A stretch of 64,000 bases of DNA from Geosiphon pyriformis uo1 (taxonomy: Eukaryota; Fungi; Glomeromycota), in contig JAAOMT010000591.1 in the NCBI GenBank assembly GCA_016748015.1, positions 543,050-607,049 on the forward strand, written 5' to 3'. Made by a program: the position numbers and the translations under genes. Below, in pieces: positions 14,041 to 26,440 of the stretch. The first letter of the stretch is position 1, and the number at the start of each line of letters is the position of its first letter. The notes under the pieces are model-generated. The model worked only from the letters and a program-made list of their open reading frames with translations, was not told the DNA's origin and made no database searches.

Positions 14041-15477
14041 GGTGATAAGTATAGGTTGTAAAAGGGTTGCGCGCAGGCCAGAAAACCAGGTAACACTTGA
14101 TGTCCGTATTTTGACAAGAGGTCTGAGCTTAGATACGAGGAGCCAGTTATTAAAATGAAGCTGGGACACGAGATAAATATACCCAGTCAGCATGTAGCGC
14201 GTATTTCAGAAGGTGATAAAATTACGTCACCTGTTTAATTCTGATGAAGTTAAGTTTTTGAATATTATACTCTTTTTTAATAAGCATATTTTTTTAAATT
14301 TAAAATGAAAAAAAAGCTAAAATAAAGATAAATATTAAAAGAAAACTAAAAAATTTAATCAAATAAAATGATAAAGCATAAAATTTTATTATTTCATAAT
14401 AAATAAATAAAGCAATCATATTAATATTAGCAAACCAAATTTAAAATCAAATAAATTATCCATTTTTAATTAGCTTTACGTGAAAAAAAAAGTGATATAT
14501 TATAAAACAATTCAACCTTAAAAATGTAACAAAATTAGATTTTCATGTTTAGAAAAATTCTTTATTAAACAAACATATCTTTGTTGGGGCCCTATTAAAA
14601 AAGGCTATTAAACATAGAACCCCTCTTTGATGAGAAATGCAAACTAAAGTTTTAAAAACTCGGCATTTTTATTCTTACTATCTTATCCATAAGAAAACCT
14701 TTAAAATGGGAATTAGGTATTTACAATCTAAAAATCATTTATATTATTCATCATCCCTTTATTTTCCTCAAAGTGGTTCCTGCAAATTATGTTATGAGAG
14801 CTTTCTTCACATTATTTTTCTATTATGAATTCCCAACTTGCTTGGTTTATCTGAGATCAAAATCTTTTAACAAACATATTTACACTAATGAATACATTTC
14901 TTTATCGTTTTCTATTACTCCTATAATAATGGTTATCTTTTCTTCAAATTCAAATTCAAATTCAACTTCCAATCTTATTAGATTTTTATTTTATTTTTTA
15001 TGATAAAAATGTGGATTTATTAAAAGACAGAATTTATTTATTCATTAAAAAATTTTGTCAAAAATATACATTATTAATTACTTTTCCTTCTTTGTCCAAC
15101 TCATGTGGTTTGAAAATTAACAATAATTATTCTCTTTGCCATTAGTTAGATATTTATGATAAAAGGAAAAAAAAATTCAAAAGTTTTTGAGAATTCGACA
15201 CACATCAAAAGGGTCAATTTATAGATTTTCTACGTTACTGTTCAACGTATCACATAATAAATAAATTGCAATACAAAACTCCCCGCAAACAATTCCTCAA
15301 AGTCCGGGTTATTCATTGTATGTAAGTTTTAATCAAATGTAATAGTATAATCAAATAAATTTGTATAAAATGAACTTCAACCTGTGTCTTTGAACAAATT
15401 GGAGGGTTTTCGCTTTCCCCTACCAACACGTTCTTTTGTACAATAGTCTACTTGCAGCTTTCATTTCTAACAGAAAT

Positions 15478-16975
15478 ATGTCTTCATTAGCTCAACAAGC
15501 GGCCGCTTTTAAACAACAAGTCAAATCGCAGCCTGTTTATGCGCGCCCAAGGATTGCAACGCCATCGTCGTCATCTCCGACGAACCTGGCCGGTGGACAG
15601 AATGTACCAAGAATAAAAGTTGAGGAAGTTGGGGCTGGTAGTGCGGGGACTGTGTCAATCTCAAAAAAATCAAAGAAACCTGGTAAAGGGTTCTTGGTTT
15701 GATTCGGAATCCCTTGTTGGTGTCAAAAAATTCAACAACTTTACTTAAATAAAGATTCTTGCATTTTAACTGGCTCCTTTATAAAATGTGATTTATAATT
15801 CTCTGCGGTCAAAATAAAGTGTATCCTCAGCCGCCAGAAACTGGTGTCGGGAAACATACGTTAAGCCAGCTTCATAATGTTATCAACTTTTTGAAGGCAA
15901 GCAAAATTCTGGCTCGGTCTCCTTGTGCAACTCTTTACCTTGATGGTATTATTCATATGATTCTTTAAAATTGTGATAAAACAGGAGCGTGTAGATACAC
16001 CGCAAACAGCGGAAGATCTTAAAAGAGAACAAGTTGTCGATGTGAATGCCAATCGTGATTTATACAAACTCATGATCAACAACGAAAAAATTCAGTATGA
16101 TCCCGTCAATCGTAGTTTTCAGTACAAGGTAGGTTCACAACGAAATCTCGATATTTAAACGTAAAAGTCAAATGAAATAATCTTCCTTTTGAAAATTTTT
16201 AAAGCCTGAATTCCTAATAAGGGGAAACGAGGATTTGCTAGATTTATTGAAAGCCAGAAGGGAAGAAAAGCCTTGTGGAATGCACTTTAAAGATTTGGCC
16301 GATTCCTATGTGGACGTGACGAGCTCAATTAAGGTTATATTTTCCCATGAACGGGGTCGATGCAGACATATAAAATTCCTTCTAAATCTTGCTCTCTAAA
16401 TAAAATAAAAAGGAGCTTGAAGAACAAGGACAAATCTTAGTCATTAGAATGATGAAGGATCATTCACCTCGTCTCATGTTCTGGAATGATCCAGCAGAAA
16501 ATACACCAATGGATAAAGGTATTTTGTGTTAGAATTCTCGTTATCTTGCAAGGGTTTTCATTGTTAACAAAACCCAATATTTTAGATTTTGTCGAAATGT
16601 TTCACAAAGTAAAGATCCCTGACGAGGTTGATCTATCAAGAGCCCTTAAAGATGGTTTGTGTTAACATTGGACTTTTTGCGTATCAAAATCATCTCATTG
16701 AGTAAATACTTATGTTTTTCATTTACCCTCTTTAGCCGGTTTGCAAACTATGGCGGTCCTTGAGAATAAATCACGAATAGAGGTGAGAAAGAAATTGTTT
16801 TCAATCTGAACGAGCATTCAACAAAAAGATGCCTATCTAATCATCAATTATTTTACCAAACTAGAGTAAGCAAAAGCAGCGCAAACGAAAACAGGTTAAC
16901 AGGAGGGTGAAGCTTACGAACACTCACTTGGATCATCTTGACCTCACCAAAGATTATACTCCTAACAAATCGTGA
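15478..16975 (+). CDS. TFA2: Transcription initiation factor TFIIE beta subunit, multi-exon
   Basis: MSSLAQQAAAFKQQ; SQLHNVINFLK; NEKIQYDP...FQYKPEFLIR; LADSY; ELEEQGQILVIR...PRLMFWND; FVEMFHKVKIPD; basic C-terminus KLTNTHL. Stop TGA 16973-16975. Confidence 0.88.
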
Positions 16976-17438
16976 ATCGCTACCTCTCTTGAAATCTTCG
17001 CAATGGTTTTTCCGCCAATCACATTCCCGTTTCAAGAATTTCATTTTTTTCTGAAACTAATGTCTAGTTTTATTGTCTGATGACAAATATAGCTCGAACA
17101 GAATATCTTTGAAAATCACAATTTTTGATCTAAAATTCTTATACCTAAGTAAGAAACAAAATGTCAAACATGTAGATTTTTTTCAAGAATTTTTATTGAC
17201 CTTACACTTGATGGCAAATGTCTTAAAAATAGGAAATCATTACTTCAAAATTTGACTCGTTTTAAGACATTAATTGTCGCGTTTGATTTTGCTTTTTTTT
17301 TTCTATGAAAAAAATTCAAACCAAATTGGTAGTTAATATAAAAAAAGTGATTAAAAATTAAAGTAATTAAAAAATAAAATTTATACAATATAAAAATTTT
17401 AATTGTATAATGGCCATGTAATTTAATTATTTATATAC

Positions 17439-17469
17439 TTTTTTTTTTTTAACGAGCGAGGCCTAAACA
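17439..17469 (-). mobile_element. 31-bp retroposed stub (5'-truncated non-LTR/SINE 3' end with polyA) flanked by a 10-bp TSD
   Basis: ATTTATATAC at 17429-17438 and 17470-17479 flank T12 + AACGAGCGAGGCCTAAACA. Confidence 0.65.
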
Positions 17470-17963
17470 ATTTATATACAATAATTAATTTTATAATTTA
17501 ACAATACATATATAAAATTAGAAATTATAATAATAAAATATTTTTTTGTTTTCAATATTATTAAATTTAAAATTATTTTTAACTTATAATTTTTGTTTTT
17601 AGATTCTATTGTTGTTATTTTTAATTTTATATTCTTAATTATGTTATTATTTTTAATTTTAATATTATTTAATTATTTTATGATTTATATATAATATTTT
17701 TACTATTATAATAATAATATAATTTAATTATTATTTAAATATATATAATATATACACAAATTATATATGTATATATATTTTTTTTAAGTTTTAAAAATAT
17801 GTTCTTAGCTTTTTTTAAATTAATTTGTTTGGTTATTTATTACTTATCAATTTTATTAAAAACAATTAACTTTAAAAAATGATTAATTTAAAATATAAAA
17901 TAAAATTTTTTTTTATTAAATTTTTAATTATGTAAAAAGCAAAAAAATATTAAAATATATATT

Positions 17964-19293
17964 TTAAACTTTTTCTCTTTTCTATTTTTATGATTACAAT
18001 TAAAACAAGGAATAAAAAAGTTTTAACCATTATTTTTTTTATAGTAACTAATAAAGTTTTAACAAAAAAAAGTTTCTTTATTATTAAAACAACTAAGCAA
18101 AATATTTTAACAACATTTTTTTTAAATATTAATAATAAAAAGCTGTCTTTGATAGTTTTTAAAGTTTTTTTTTATTTTTGACTAGTAATTTTTTTTCAGT
18201 TAAAGTTTTTTCAAAAAACATACTTAAATTAACCTTAGTGTTGTTTTTATATTTTTTAAAAATTCCAAAGTTTTTAATAATAAGCTAATTAACAAACTGG
18301 TTTTTTTTGTTCTTATTATTAATATTATTATTACTACTTTATAAATAGTCAAAAAAACCAAAATAGTAACAACTACTTATGTTTACTATTATTACACTAA
18401 ACTTTTTTGTAATTTTAAATAAAATTTCAGATAAAATTTTCTTAATAAAAACCAGCTTTTTTTTTAATATAGACAATAATAATAATAATATATCTTTTAA
18501 AATAATCCAAATTTAACTATTAATTGTGTTGTCAAATATAATGTTTTTGGCAAATTATTATTAGTTCTAAAAATAAACTAATTTATTGAATTATTTAATC
18601 TTAAAAATTAAGCTAATCAAATAGAAATTAAATCAATATCTTTTTTTTTGTTTTTTAATACTGTTTTTAATAATATTTGAAAAAAATTTTCAGTTATTAA
18701 AAATTCTCTAAGTAAATAGTTTTTATTTTGGTATTAGGTTTTATTTTTAAGATTAAATTGGTTTTAGTTAATTTTTTGTTTTATCTGTTGTTTGGTTTTG
18801 TTGGATTCAAGTCAGTTTTTAAAAACAATATTAAGTTATTTTGTATAAATTTTGTTTTTAAAAATTTTTTAATTGTTGTTATCAATATTGTTATTAGTAA
18901 TTTTTTTTAATTATGTTTAAAATTACAAAATTTTTTGTAATAACTTTTGGCTTTTTTTATTTATTTTTGTTGTATTTTATAATATTTCTTTTAATATATC
19001 TTTTAATAATATTAAAAATGCTTTTAGTATTTTTGGTATTGTTAATTCAATTAAATTAAAGCCTATTGGTTTCTAATAATATGTTATTATTACTTTTAAA
19101 AACTTTTTTTCTGTTGCTGTTGCTTTTAATAATTAATTTATACTAATTAAAAATAATTATATTTGAATTATTTTTCTTATTAATCAAAAAAAGTTATTAT
19201 TTTATGTGATATTTTCAAAACCAAATTAGTTAACTTTTTTTTGATTAAATTGTTTTTAAAATCAATAATATAATTTTTTAAATTGGTAATTAT
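17964..19293 (+). pseudogene. Hypermutated relic (5' part) of the ORF1-only non-LTR family, split by Gypsy A1
   Basis: Colinear with the reverse complement of ~58930-57575. Example: ATAGTAACTAATAAAGTTTTAAC vs ATAGTAACTAATAAAGTTTCAAC, and TTTTTAATAATAAGCTAATTAACAAACTGG vs TTTTTAATAACAAACCAGTCAACAAATTGG. Differences are mostly C>T/G>A. Confidence 0.8.
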
Positions 19294-20019
19294 TGTTACA
19301 GTTGAAACTCATAATTTTTATTAGTTATCACATATATTAGCCACTAATGTTATATAATTAGCCACTCTATTTTTAGATAGTAATCATTGACTTAATCAAT
19401 GATCTGACTGTTGACCTGATCATTGACTTAATCAATGACCTGATCATTGACCTGATCATTGACTTGATTATTGACCTAATCGTTGACCTGGTTGTTGACC
19501 ACTTTCATTAGCTATATAAGCAATGAGTCTCTTAGCAGTAGAAAATCATCTTTCAGACAAGAATCAAATAAATAAAAATAACAACTTTCATTTCAATCAC
19601 TCTCTTATTATTAATTTCTCTTTCTCTATCTTCAAGTATCCGAATATCTTAGGATAAAAGATTACTTGTTGGCCTTTTCCTGATGTATATAATTGTAGCA
19701 TTTGAAGATTATTTGAATAAACATGACTGAAAAGCACAAGTTGATACCTGATATTGAATTCTAAGAGCACTGACATGAGGCATAGAATTATACCAGTGGT
19801 AATCAATTGTTGACAGTATGGACTATCTCTCTACCTTTAGATTCCCCAGTTACCTTTGAAAAGAATAGCGACTGAGATATTTTATAAAACTGATCTCACA
19901 CATTGAATTCATACTTATTCAATTCACTTATTAAAGTTGAATCCTCTTTGATTATTTCTATCACCCTACAATCCTGTTCTCTCTTGTTATTCATTAGCTT
20001 GTTACTCCAACCCATAACA
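19294..20019 (+). repeat. 5' LTR of A1 (726 bp) with ten 12-bp units upstream of a TATA-like box
   Basis: TGTTACAG...CCCATAACA; (ATCATTGACCTG)-like array ~19383-19502; GCTATATAAGC ~19510-19520. Confidence 0.95.
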
Positions 20020-20025
20020 TAAAAG

Positions 20026-20044
20026 TGGTGCTCCCTGTGAGGTT
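20026..20044 (+). promoter_or_regulatory. Primer-binding site (probably elongator tRNA-Met)
   Basis: TGGTGCTCCCTGTGAGGTT is the complement of a tRNA 3' end AACCUCACAGGGAGCACCA. The same site occurs at 46665, 44901-44917 (-) and, in family B, at 29613. Confidence 0.75.
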
Positions 20045-20071
20045 GTCAAAATTTACTTATTCCCTCATTGT

Positions 20072-21625
20072 ATGGGTGATTACTCATATCTGCCACAGCA
20101 ATTAGAAGAACACTTTGCAGCACACAACAGAAACAACCTAGATTTCATTGAACTTAATCCTCTGCTCTCTTGCTTGATCTGCTTTCCCATTGAAAAACAA
20201 TCTAGTAGACAATTCCAAGACTTTTGGAACTGGTTCCTGAATAAGCATTCAGCTGAAACCTACACAACTTATACAACCTATTACTTTGATCAAGCTTATT
20301 TTGAAGACAACTTTGAAGAAAGAAACAACAGTATCAATCAGCTCTTATATTCTATAATCTTTGAACAACAGCCCCCTGATTTTGAATATCTGAATCATCA
20401 AATCCACATTTGGATTGCTGCCCATCAATCAACAGTAATTCTCCTTGAAACAGAAAAAGAAAGTTACCAAACAGCCCTTATTTTTGATCCCTTCTTAAGT
20501 AAATCAGAGCACTCCACACAAACAGTAACTTCTAAACCAATGGCCCAAGATCCAATACAAGTAAACATCCTGGCCGCCCTCCAAGGCATACAAACTGCTT
20601 TGGGACAAAGAAACAACACCCCACTACCCCTATTTAGAGGTGATGCCCAAGATCCAATTAAATGGTTGGATGATTTTGAAAAAACAGCCACTGCAAACCA
20701 GTATGATGATAAATACAAGTTCCAAATCATTGGTGGCTACCTCCAAGGCTCCCCTGCTATCTGGTTTTCACAAGAAACCAATGCTGGTGCTCAACAAAGA
20801 ATTGTTAAATGAACCCCAGCAAATATTGGAGAAAACAATACCTCTTTCACTACCCGATTTGAAAATAAATTCAGAACCCCCATCTTAATATCCAAATGGC
20901 ATATGGAATTAGAAAGAAGAACCCAAGGTCCTGGTGAAATTGTGACCAAATATGCCAAAGCAATCAGAAAACTCATCAAGTGTGTAGACTCTGGTAGAAA
21001 CTGGACTGAAGAGCAAAAAATCCACTTCTTTACAAAAGGTTTAAGAAGTGATTTATCATATGCTCTTTGGCCTCTCTTGGCTCTGAAAGACAACTCTATA
21101 ATGAATATAGCTATTAAACTCGCCCAAAGGATTGAAGATAACCAAAGGATGCATCTGGGATCCACACTTCTAATTTTCACTTCTGCTCCTGTCATGGCCT
21201 CTGCTTTTCAAGTGGCTGCTACTTCTTTTGCTACCTAAATCCAAGACCCAAATAAACAATTGATAGATAGACTCACAGCTAACCTTGTCTGGTTATTAGA
21301 ACCGTTGACACAAGCAGTCAGAGATAACCAGCAACCACCAAAACCTAGATATAAACCTCATTTTAACCAGCCCTAGCACCTCCCTATCAAAGACAGCAAA
21401 ATCATGGCCCACCTGTGTGCTATCATTGTGGATTAACTGAACATTATTCAAGAGATTATAACAATCCTCCACTGTCTCCTCCAGCTTTCAAAAACAATGA
21501 CAACCAAAACAACAAACTCAATAACAACAACAATGTCCCCAATCAAAGACCCAATCATGCCAACATCAATTTCTTTGGAGAGGATCCCCTAGTTGAAGTC
21601 ACTGTTTATCAGCCTTTAAACTGAT
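20072..21625 (+). pseudogene. gag: A1 gag (N-terminal extension, capsid, CCHC zinc knuckle), disrupted
   Basis: PLFRGDAQDPIKWLDDFEKTATANQY capsid motif; decayed knuckle CYHCGLTEHYSRDY; premature stops. Confidence 0.88.
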
Positions 21626-24308
21626 AGGCACACTTCCAAAGAATGAGAGTGTAAGCCAACCAAAAGAAAACCCCTTTTACGCTTTTAACTTAACTGATGA
21701 TAACCATGACATGGATGAACTAGCAATCAACACCTCAGAACCAACCAGAAAGAAGAAAAAAGCCAAGGTTGATTTCGTTCTAGATCCCAACAAAGCCTCA
21801 ACTTCTGCTGCTGATAACAATGAGCCACCAAAGACTAAAGTTTTTAAGAATCCTCCAAAATTGGAACCCCCAGAAATTGTACAAAAATCTGGATCCTATT
21901 CCATTGTCAAAGATCTTATGGAAACCCCAGCACATATTACCTTTGGCCAGTTAATAACTCACCCACAGTTCAGAAAGGATCTTTGCAAATTCTTGATTCC
22001 AAAGAAGAAGACACCAAAAACCCACAAGCGTTCTCGCCAAGTTGGACTTGCTGACAACAGCAATGTCATCCCTCTGATTTGTAAAGCTCAAGTGGCTGAA
22101 TACTTCATTGATTTAATTCTGGACAGCAGATCATCTGTTAGTGTCATTGTCAAACACTTCTTAGAAGCAATTGGTAGAAAGATTAATGAATCTTCCACCA
22201 GACCAATGACCAACATACATGGTGACAAAAAGAAAGGACTGGGTATTGCCAAAGCTGTTTCTGTCCGCATCAATGGAATTAGCATTGAAACTGACATGGA
22301 AGTTTCTGAAGCCAAGGAATACACCATCATTGTTGGCAATGAATGGCTCAAGAAAGCAAAAGTCTTGCTTGATTATGAACTTTGTAAATTAACCATCAGA
22401 TGTGATGAAAAACCCATTGTGGTTAAGTGTCACCATTGGACAACTTCTCCAGTACTCAAACAAAACCAAGAAGAAAAACAATCAGATGAATCAGATAATG
22501 AAGAGAGTGATGAAGAAGAAGAACAAAAAGAGCAAGAAAAAACTGCTGAACTTACCTATACCACCTTTATCAGCAATGGCAAACCACTGGACAATGTTAA
22601 AGCAGACAAAGAAGAAATCATTGTAAATGGCAAGCTGATCTGCTGGTCTTATTATGATATTCTTAGAAGAACCTTTGAAAGAAAACCTGGTAAGAAAGCC
22701 AAATACAGTTTTTGGTAGCATGGTCCTTGTGTCTGGTATTGGTACAACAAACCCTTGTATTCTCCAAGTGATGAATGCAAATCATGCCTGATCTATTACA
22801 GAGATTGGAAACCAATCAGTTTGATACCCAGAGAAGAATTGAAAGAAGTACAGAAGTCCTTTGAAAATAAATCACCTGAGATCCAATTACTGGCTATAGA
22901 ACAAAAAAAACCCTCCCCAGAAGAAAGAAAAATAGACATTGAAAATTTGCTGGCTAGAAATAGCCCAGTTATTTCAAAAGAAGGTGATACTTCTGGACAT
23001 ATCCATGTGATACAACACATCATTACCACCAGAGAAACTCGACCTATCCATTTAAAGCCTTATCAATTCAATCAGCACAATGATGAGTTTATCAAGAAAG
23101 AGATAAACCGGATGAAAGAACTTGGATTCATACAAGAAACCAAAAGTAAATGGGCTTTTTCAGTTGTAGTGGTATCCAAAAAAAGAGGAACACTATGCTT
23201 CTATGTCGACTACTGCCAATTAAATGCCATCACTGAAAGAGACATGTACCCACTTCCCAAGATTGATGCAATGTTAGACCAATTCAAAGATGCTGCTTTT
23301 TTTTCAACCATTGACTTAACTGCTGAATTCTGGCAAGTAGAGATAGATCCAAAAAGCAGAAAGAAAACTGCCTTCATTACCAAGTATGATACCTATGAAT
23401 TTACAGTCATGCCTTTTGGTCTTACCAATGCCCCTCCCACTTTTCAACGCTTAATGGATAAAGTATTTGAATCAGTCAAGAAAAACTTTGTTCTAGTCTA
23501 TTTAGACGACATAATAGTATACTCAAAAACCTGGGATAAACACCTGGAACATTTGCAAAAGGTTTTTGACCTCCTCAGAAATGCTGGCCTCAAGATCAAC
23601 CCAATCAAATCTTTTTTTGGAAAACAATCCACCCAGTTTCTTGGTCATCTTATCACAAAAGATGGAATCTTTTCTGACCCAGCCAAAGTTAAAAAAGTCC
23701 AAAACATCAAACAACCAATGAACATTCATGAACTACGCTCTTTTCTTGGTTTGGTCTTTTATTATCACAAATTTGTCAAGAATTTCTCCAAAATTGCCTC
23801 TTCTTTCAATCAGCTATTTAGGAAAAATGTCAATTACCATTGGGGAACACATCAGCAAAAAGCCTTTGAAACTTTAAAGGAAAAACTGGTTACAGAACCC
23901 ATCCTCAAGCAATCTGATCTAGATTGACCCTTTATCTTTCACACTGATGCATCTGGCTTTGAACTTGGTGCTGTTCTCTCCCAAAAAGATGAAGATGACA
24001 AAGAACATGCCATAGCCTATGCCAGTAGAACTCTTTCCTCAACAGAACAGAACTATTTGGTTACTGAACAAGAATGCTTAGCAGTAGTATGGTCTACCAA
24101 TTACTGGAGTAAGTATCTTCTTGGTGTAAAGTTTTTAGTGGTAACAGATCACCAAGCTTTGGTTTGGCTGCACAACAAAAAGAGACTAGAACACAAATAG
24201 ATAATTTGCTGAATACTCCACTTGGATGAATTCGACTATGATATTCAATATCGCAAAGGAGCTAATCATCAAAATGCTGACGCTCTCTCCAGACTTACCA
24301 TCCAGTAA
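21615..24308 (+). pseudogene. pol: A1 pol (aspartic protease, RT, RNase H), ending at a conserved stop; disrupted
   Basis: LILDSRSSVS protease, MPFGLTNAP and VYLDD RT, HTDASG and NADALSRL RNase H; TAA 24306-24308. Confidence 0.9.
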
Positions 24309-24374
24309 CAGAACAACTCTCTCAAACCAAACCAACTTAATTATTAGTAATTCCCCTTTTTGACAAACACGATA

Positions 24375-25742
24375 ATAGACTTGGACAACTACTCTGCCTT
24401 TATGGAATTTTTGGGTAAAGAACAATACCCACCGAAATACACATGACAACAAAGAGAACATTTGTGCAAACAATCAAATTTCTATTTGATTTGTCAGAAC
24501 CAACTTTATAAAAGAAATAGAAAAGATCCTGACCACTCCCAGAGAGTCATCAGATTTGAAGAAAGAGAAATTGTAATCTACAATATGCACACTGATCTAT
24601 TAGCTGGACACTTTGGAAAAACAAAAACATTTCAGAAAACTCTAGCTCATTATTATTGGTCTACCTTGGGAAAAGACATTGCTGAATACATCAAAACCTG
24701 TGATATCTGCCAAAGAAGAAGAAAACCCAATCACAAAGAAGATATCCATCCAATTTTTGTTGGTCAACCCTTTGACAGAATTGGTATAGATGTTGTTAGA
24801 CCTTTAACAATAACTCCTGATGGCAACAGATACATTATCACAGCTACTGACTATCTTACAAAGTGGGTAGAAGCAAGAGCCACTCCAGACCAAACAGCAG
24901 TCTCAATAGCCAATTTCATTTATAAAGATATCATTTGTCGCCATGGCTGCCCCAAAGAACTTTTATCTGACAAAAGAAGAGCTTTTTTCAGTACACTTGT
25001 TAAAAAACTTTGTAGAAAAATGGGAATATGTCACAAACTTTCCTTTCTTTATCATCCCCAAACAAATGGCCTAGTGGAACGTTTTAATAGAACACTATGT
25101 AAAACTCTAGCCAAAACCAGTGAAGAAACAAACTTATGGGACAAAGTACTGCCTTCAGCCTTGTTTGCTTATAGAACTGTGAATCATTACATAACAAGTT
25201 ATGAACTCTTTTATCTACTCTATGGATGAATGGCAATCCTACTAATAGAAACTGACATTGAAACAATATCCTTTGAAGAAATAACAATAGGGAATTACAA
25301 AGACATTTTGCAAAGAAAACTTGGTACTATTCTTGACTCATTAATAGAAACATGGATAATTGCCTTTAAAAAGATAAAACAATTCCAAGAGAAGCTTAAA
25401 AAAAAGAAAACATATAAAACACTTTCCTTAAGTGTTGGTAACTTAGTTTTAGAATACCATTCAGACAAATACAATGTCTATAGTAATAAATTCTCTAGCT
25501 GGTGGAAAAGACCTTTTATAGTCAACAAAGTTTTGAACAATGGTTCTTTGTTCATTAGTTATAATTTGTGTTGTTTAACTGACCTCACTACTTTCTGACT
25601 TTATATCTTACAAGATCAATATGGAACAATCTTTAATAATCACCCTGTTCATGACACACAACTCAAGAAATATCACAAATGACCTGATTGGTTATCTGTT
25701 GTGGTAATACTGACCCAAATGATCAACAAAAATCAGATATAA
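24375..25742 (+). pseudogene. int: A1 stand-alone integrase ORF, disrupted
   Basis: H..GHFG...CDIC zinc domain, IGIDVV, LLSD, NGLVERFN DDE core. Start codon reads ATA here and ATG in copy A3. Confidence 0.88.
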
Positions 25743-25783
25743 ATAAATGCACCATTCCTAAAACAGAGGTATCTTCAATCAAC

Positions 25784-26440
25784 ATGAACAATTATTTCCT
25801 AGATCAAAACATTCAAAATGCTTTCTACACTCTACATGAGTACTGGATCAAAAATTATTCAAATGCTACTCTGATCATTGGAAAACAAACCACCATAACT
25901 GATAACAGTGGAACACATACTGTTATTAGACCAAAGAAAACCACTACCAGAAGAGAAAGAATTGGTAGCAAAATGGATAAGTATTTGCTGAAAAGCATAA
26001 CAGTAGCAATACTTATACCTTCCATGACTATTGGAAAAATGATTAAGGAAATCTTGCCCATAGACAAAAACTTGTCATATGGAAGACAACTAGAACTCTA
26101 TGGTCATCTTTGTGAAATCATAGAAGAAATAAAGCTCATAAAGAAAACAACTTCAGAGATACAAGTGGAAATTTTGGGCATTATATATTTAGATGTCCCA
26201 AGAGTTTTGACCATTGCAAGAAGAGCCAAAACTCTTATACAAAGATTTGGTTTCTTGGATACAAAGCTTATTTCGCCTTAAGTACTATACATTCTATCCA
26301 CAAAAAACTTCAACAAACTAGTTAGTTTTAAGTTAGACAAAACTCTTCAATTAGAATACCCTATAAATAGCTTGATTTCACCAGAGCTCAATCTCTTTGG
26401 AGAGGATGATGTTATGGTTGAAACCCATAATTTTTATTAG
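25784..26440 (+). pseudogene. A1 ORF3 (unknown function, env position), disrupted
   Basis: MNNYFLDQNIQNAF..., homologous to the intact ORF at 52353-53009; runs into the 3' LTR. Confidence 0.75.

Noticed and set aside
19383-19502. CRISPR-like appearance of the short LTR repeats
   Set aside because: Tandem units without unique spacers, inside LTRs of a eukaryote, and no cas genes.
19597-19806. Recurrent 60-70 aa ORFs in LTRs (MITTGIILCL..., MFQKKADK...; also 26665, 28065, 45255, 53281)
   Set aside because: They recur only because the LTR is repeated. They have non-ATG starts, are antisense to the element, and are not shared between the A subfamilies.
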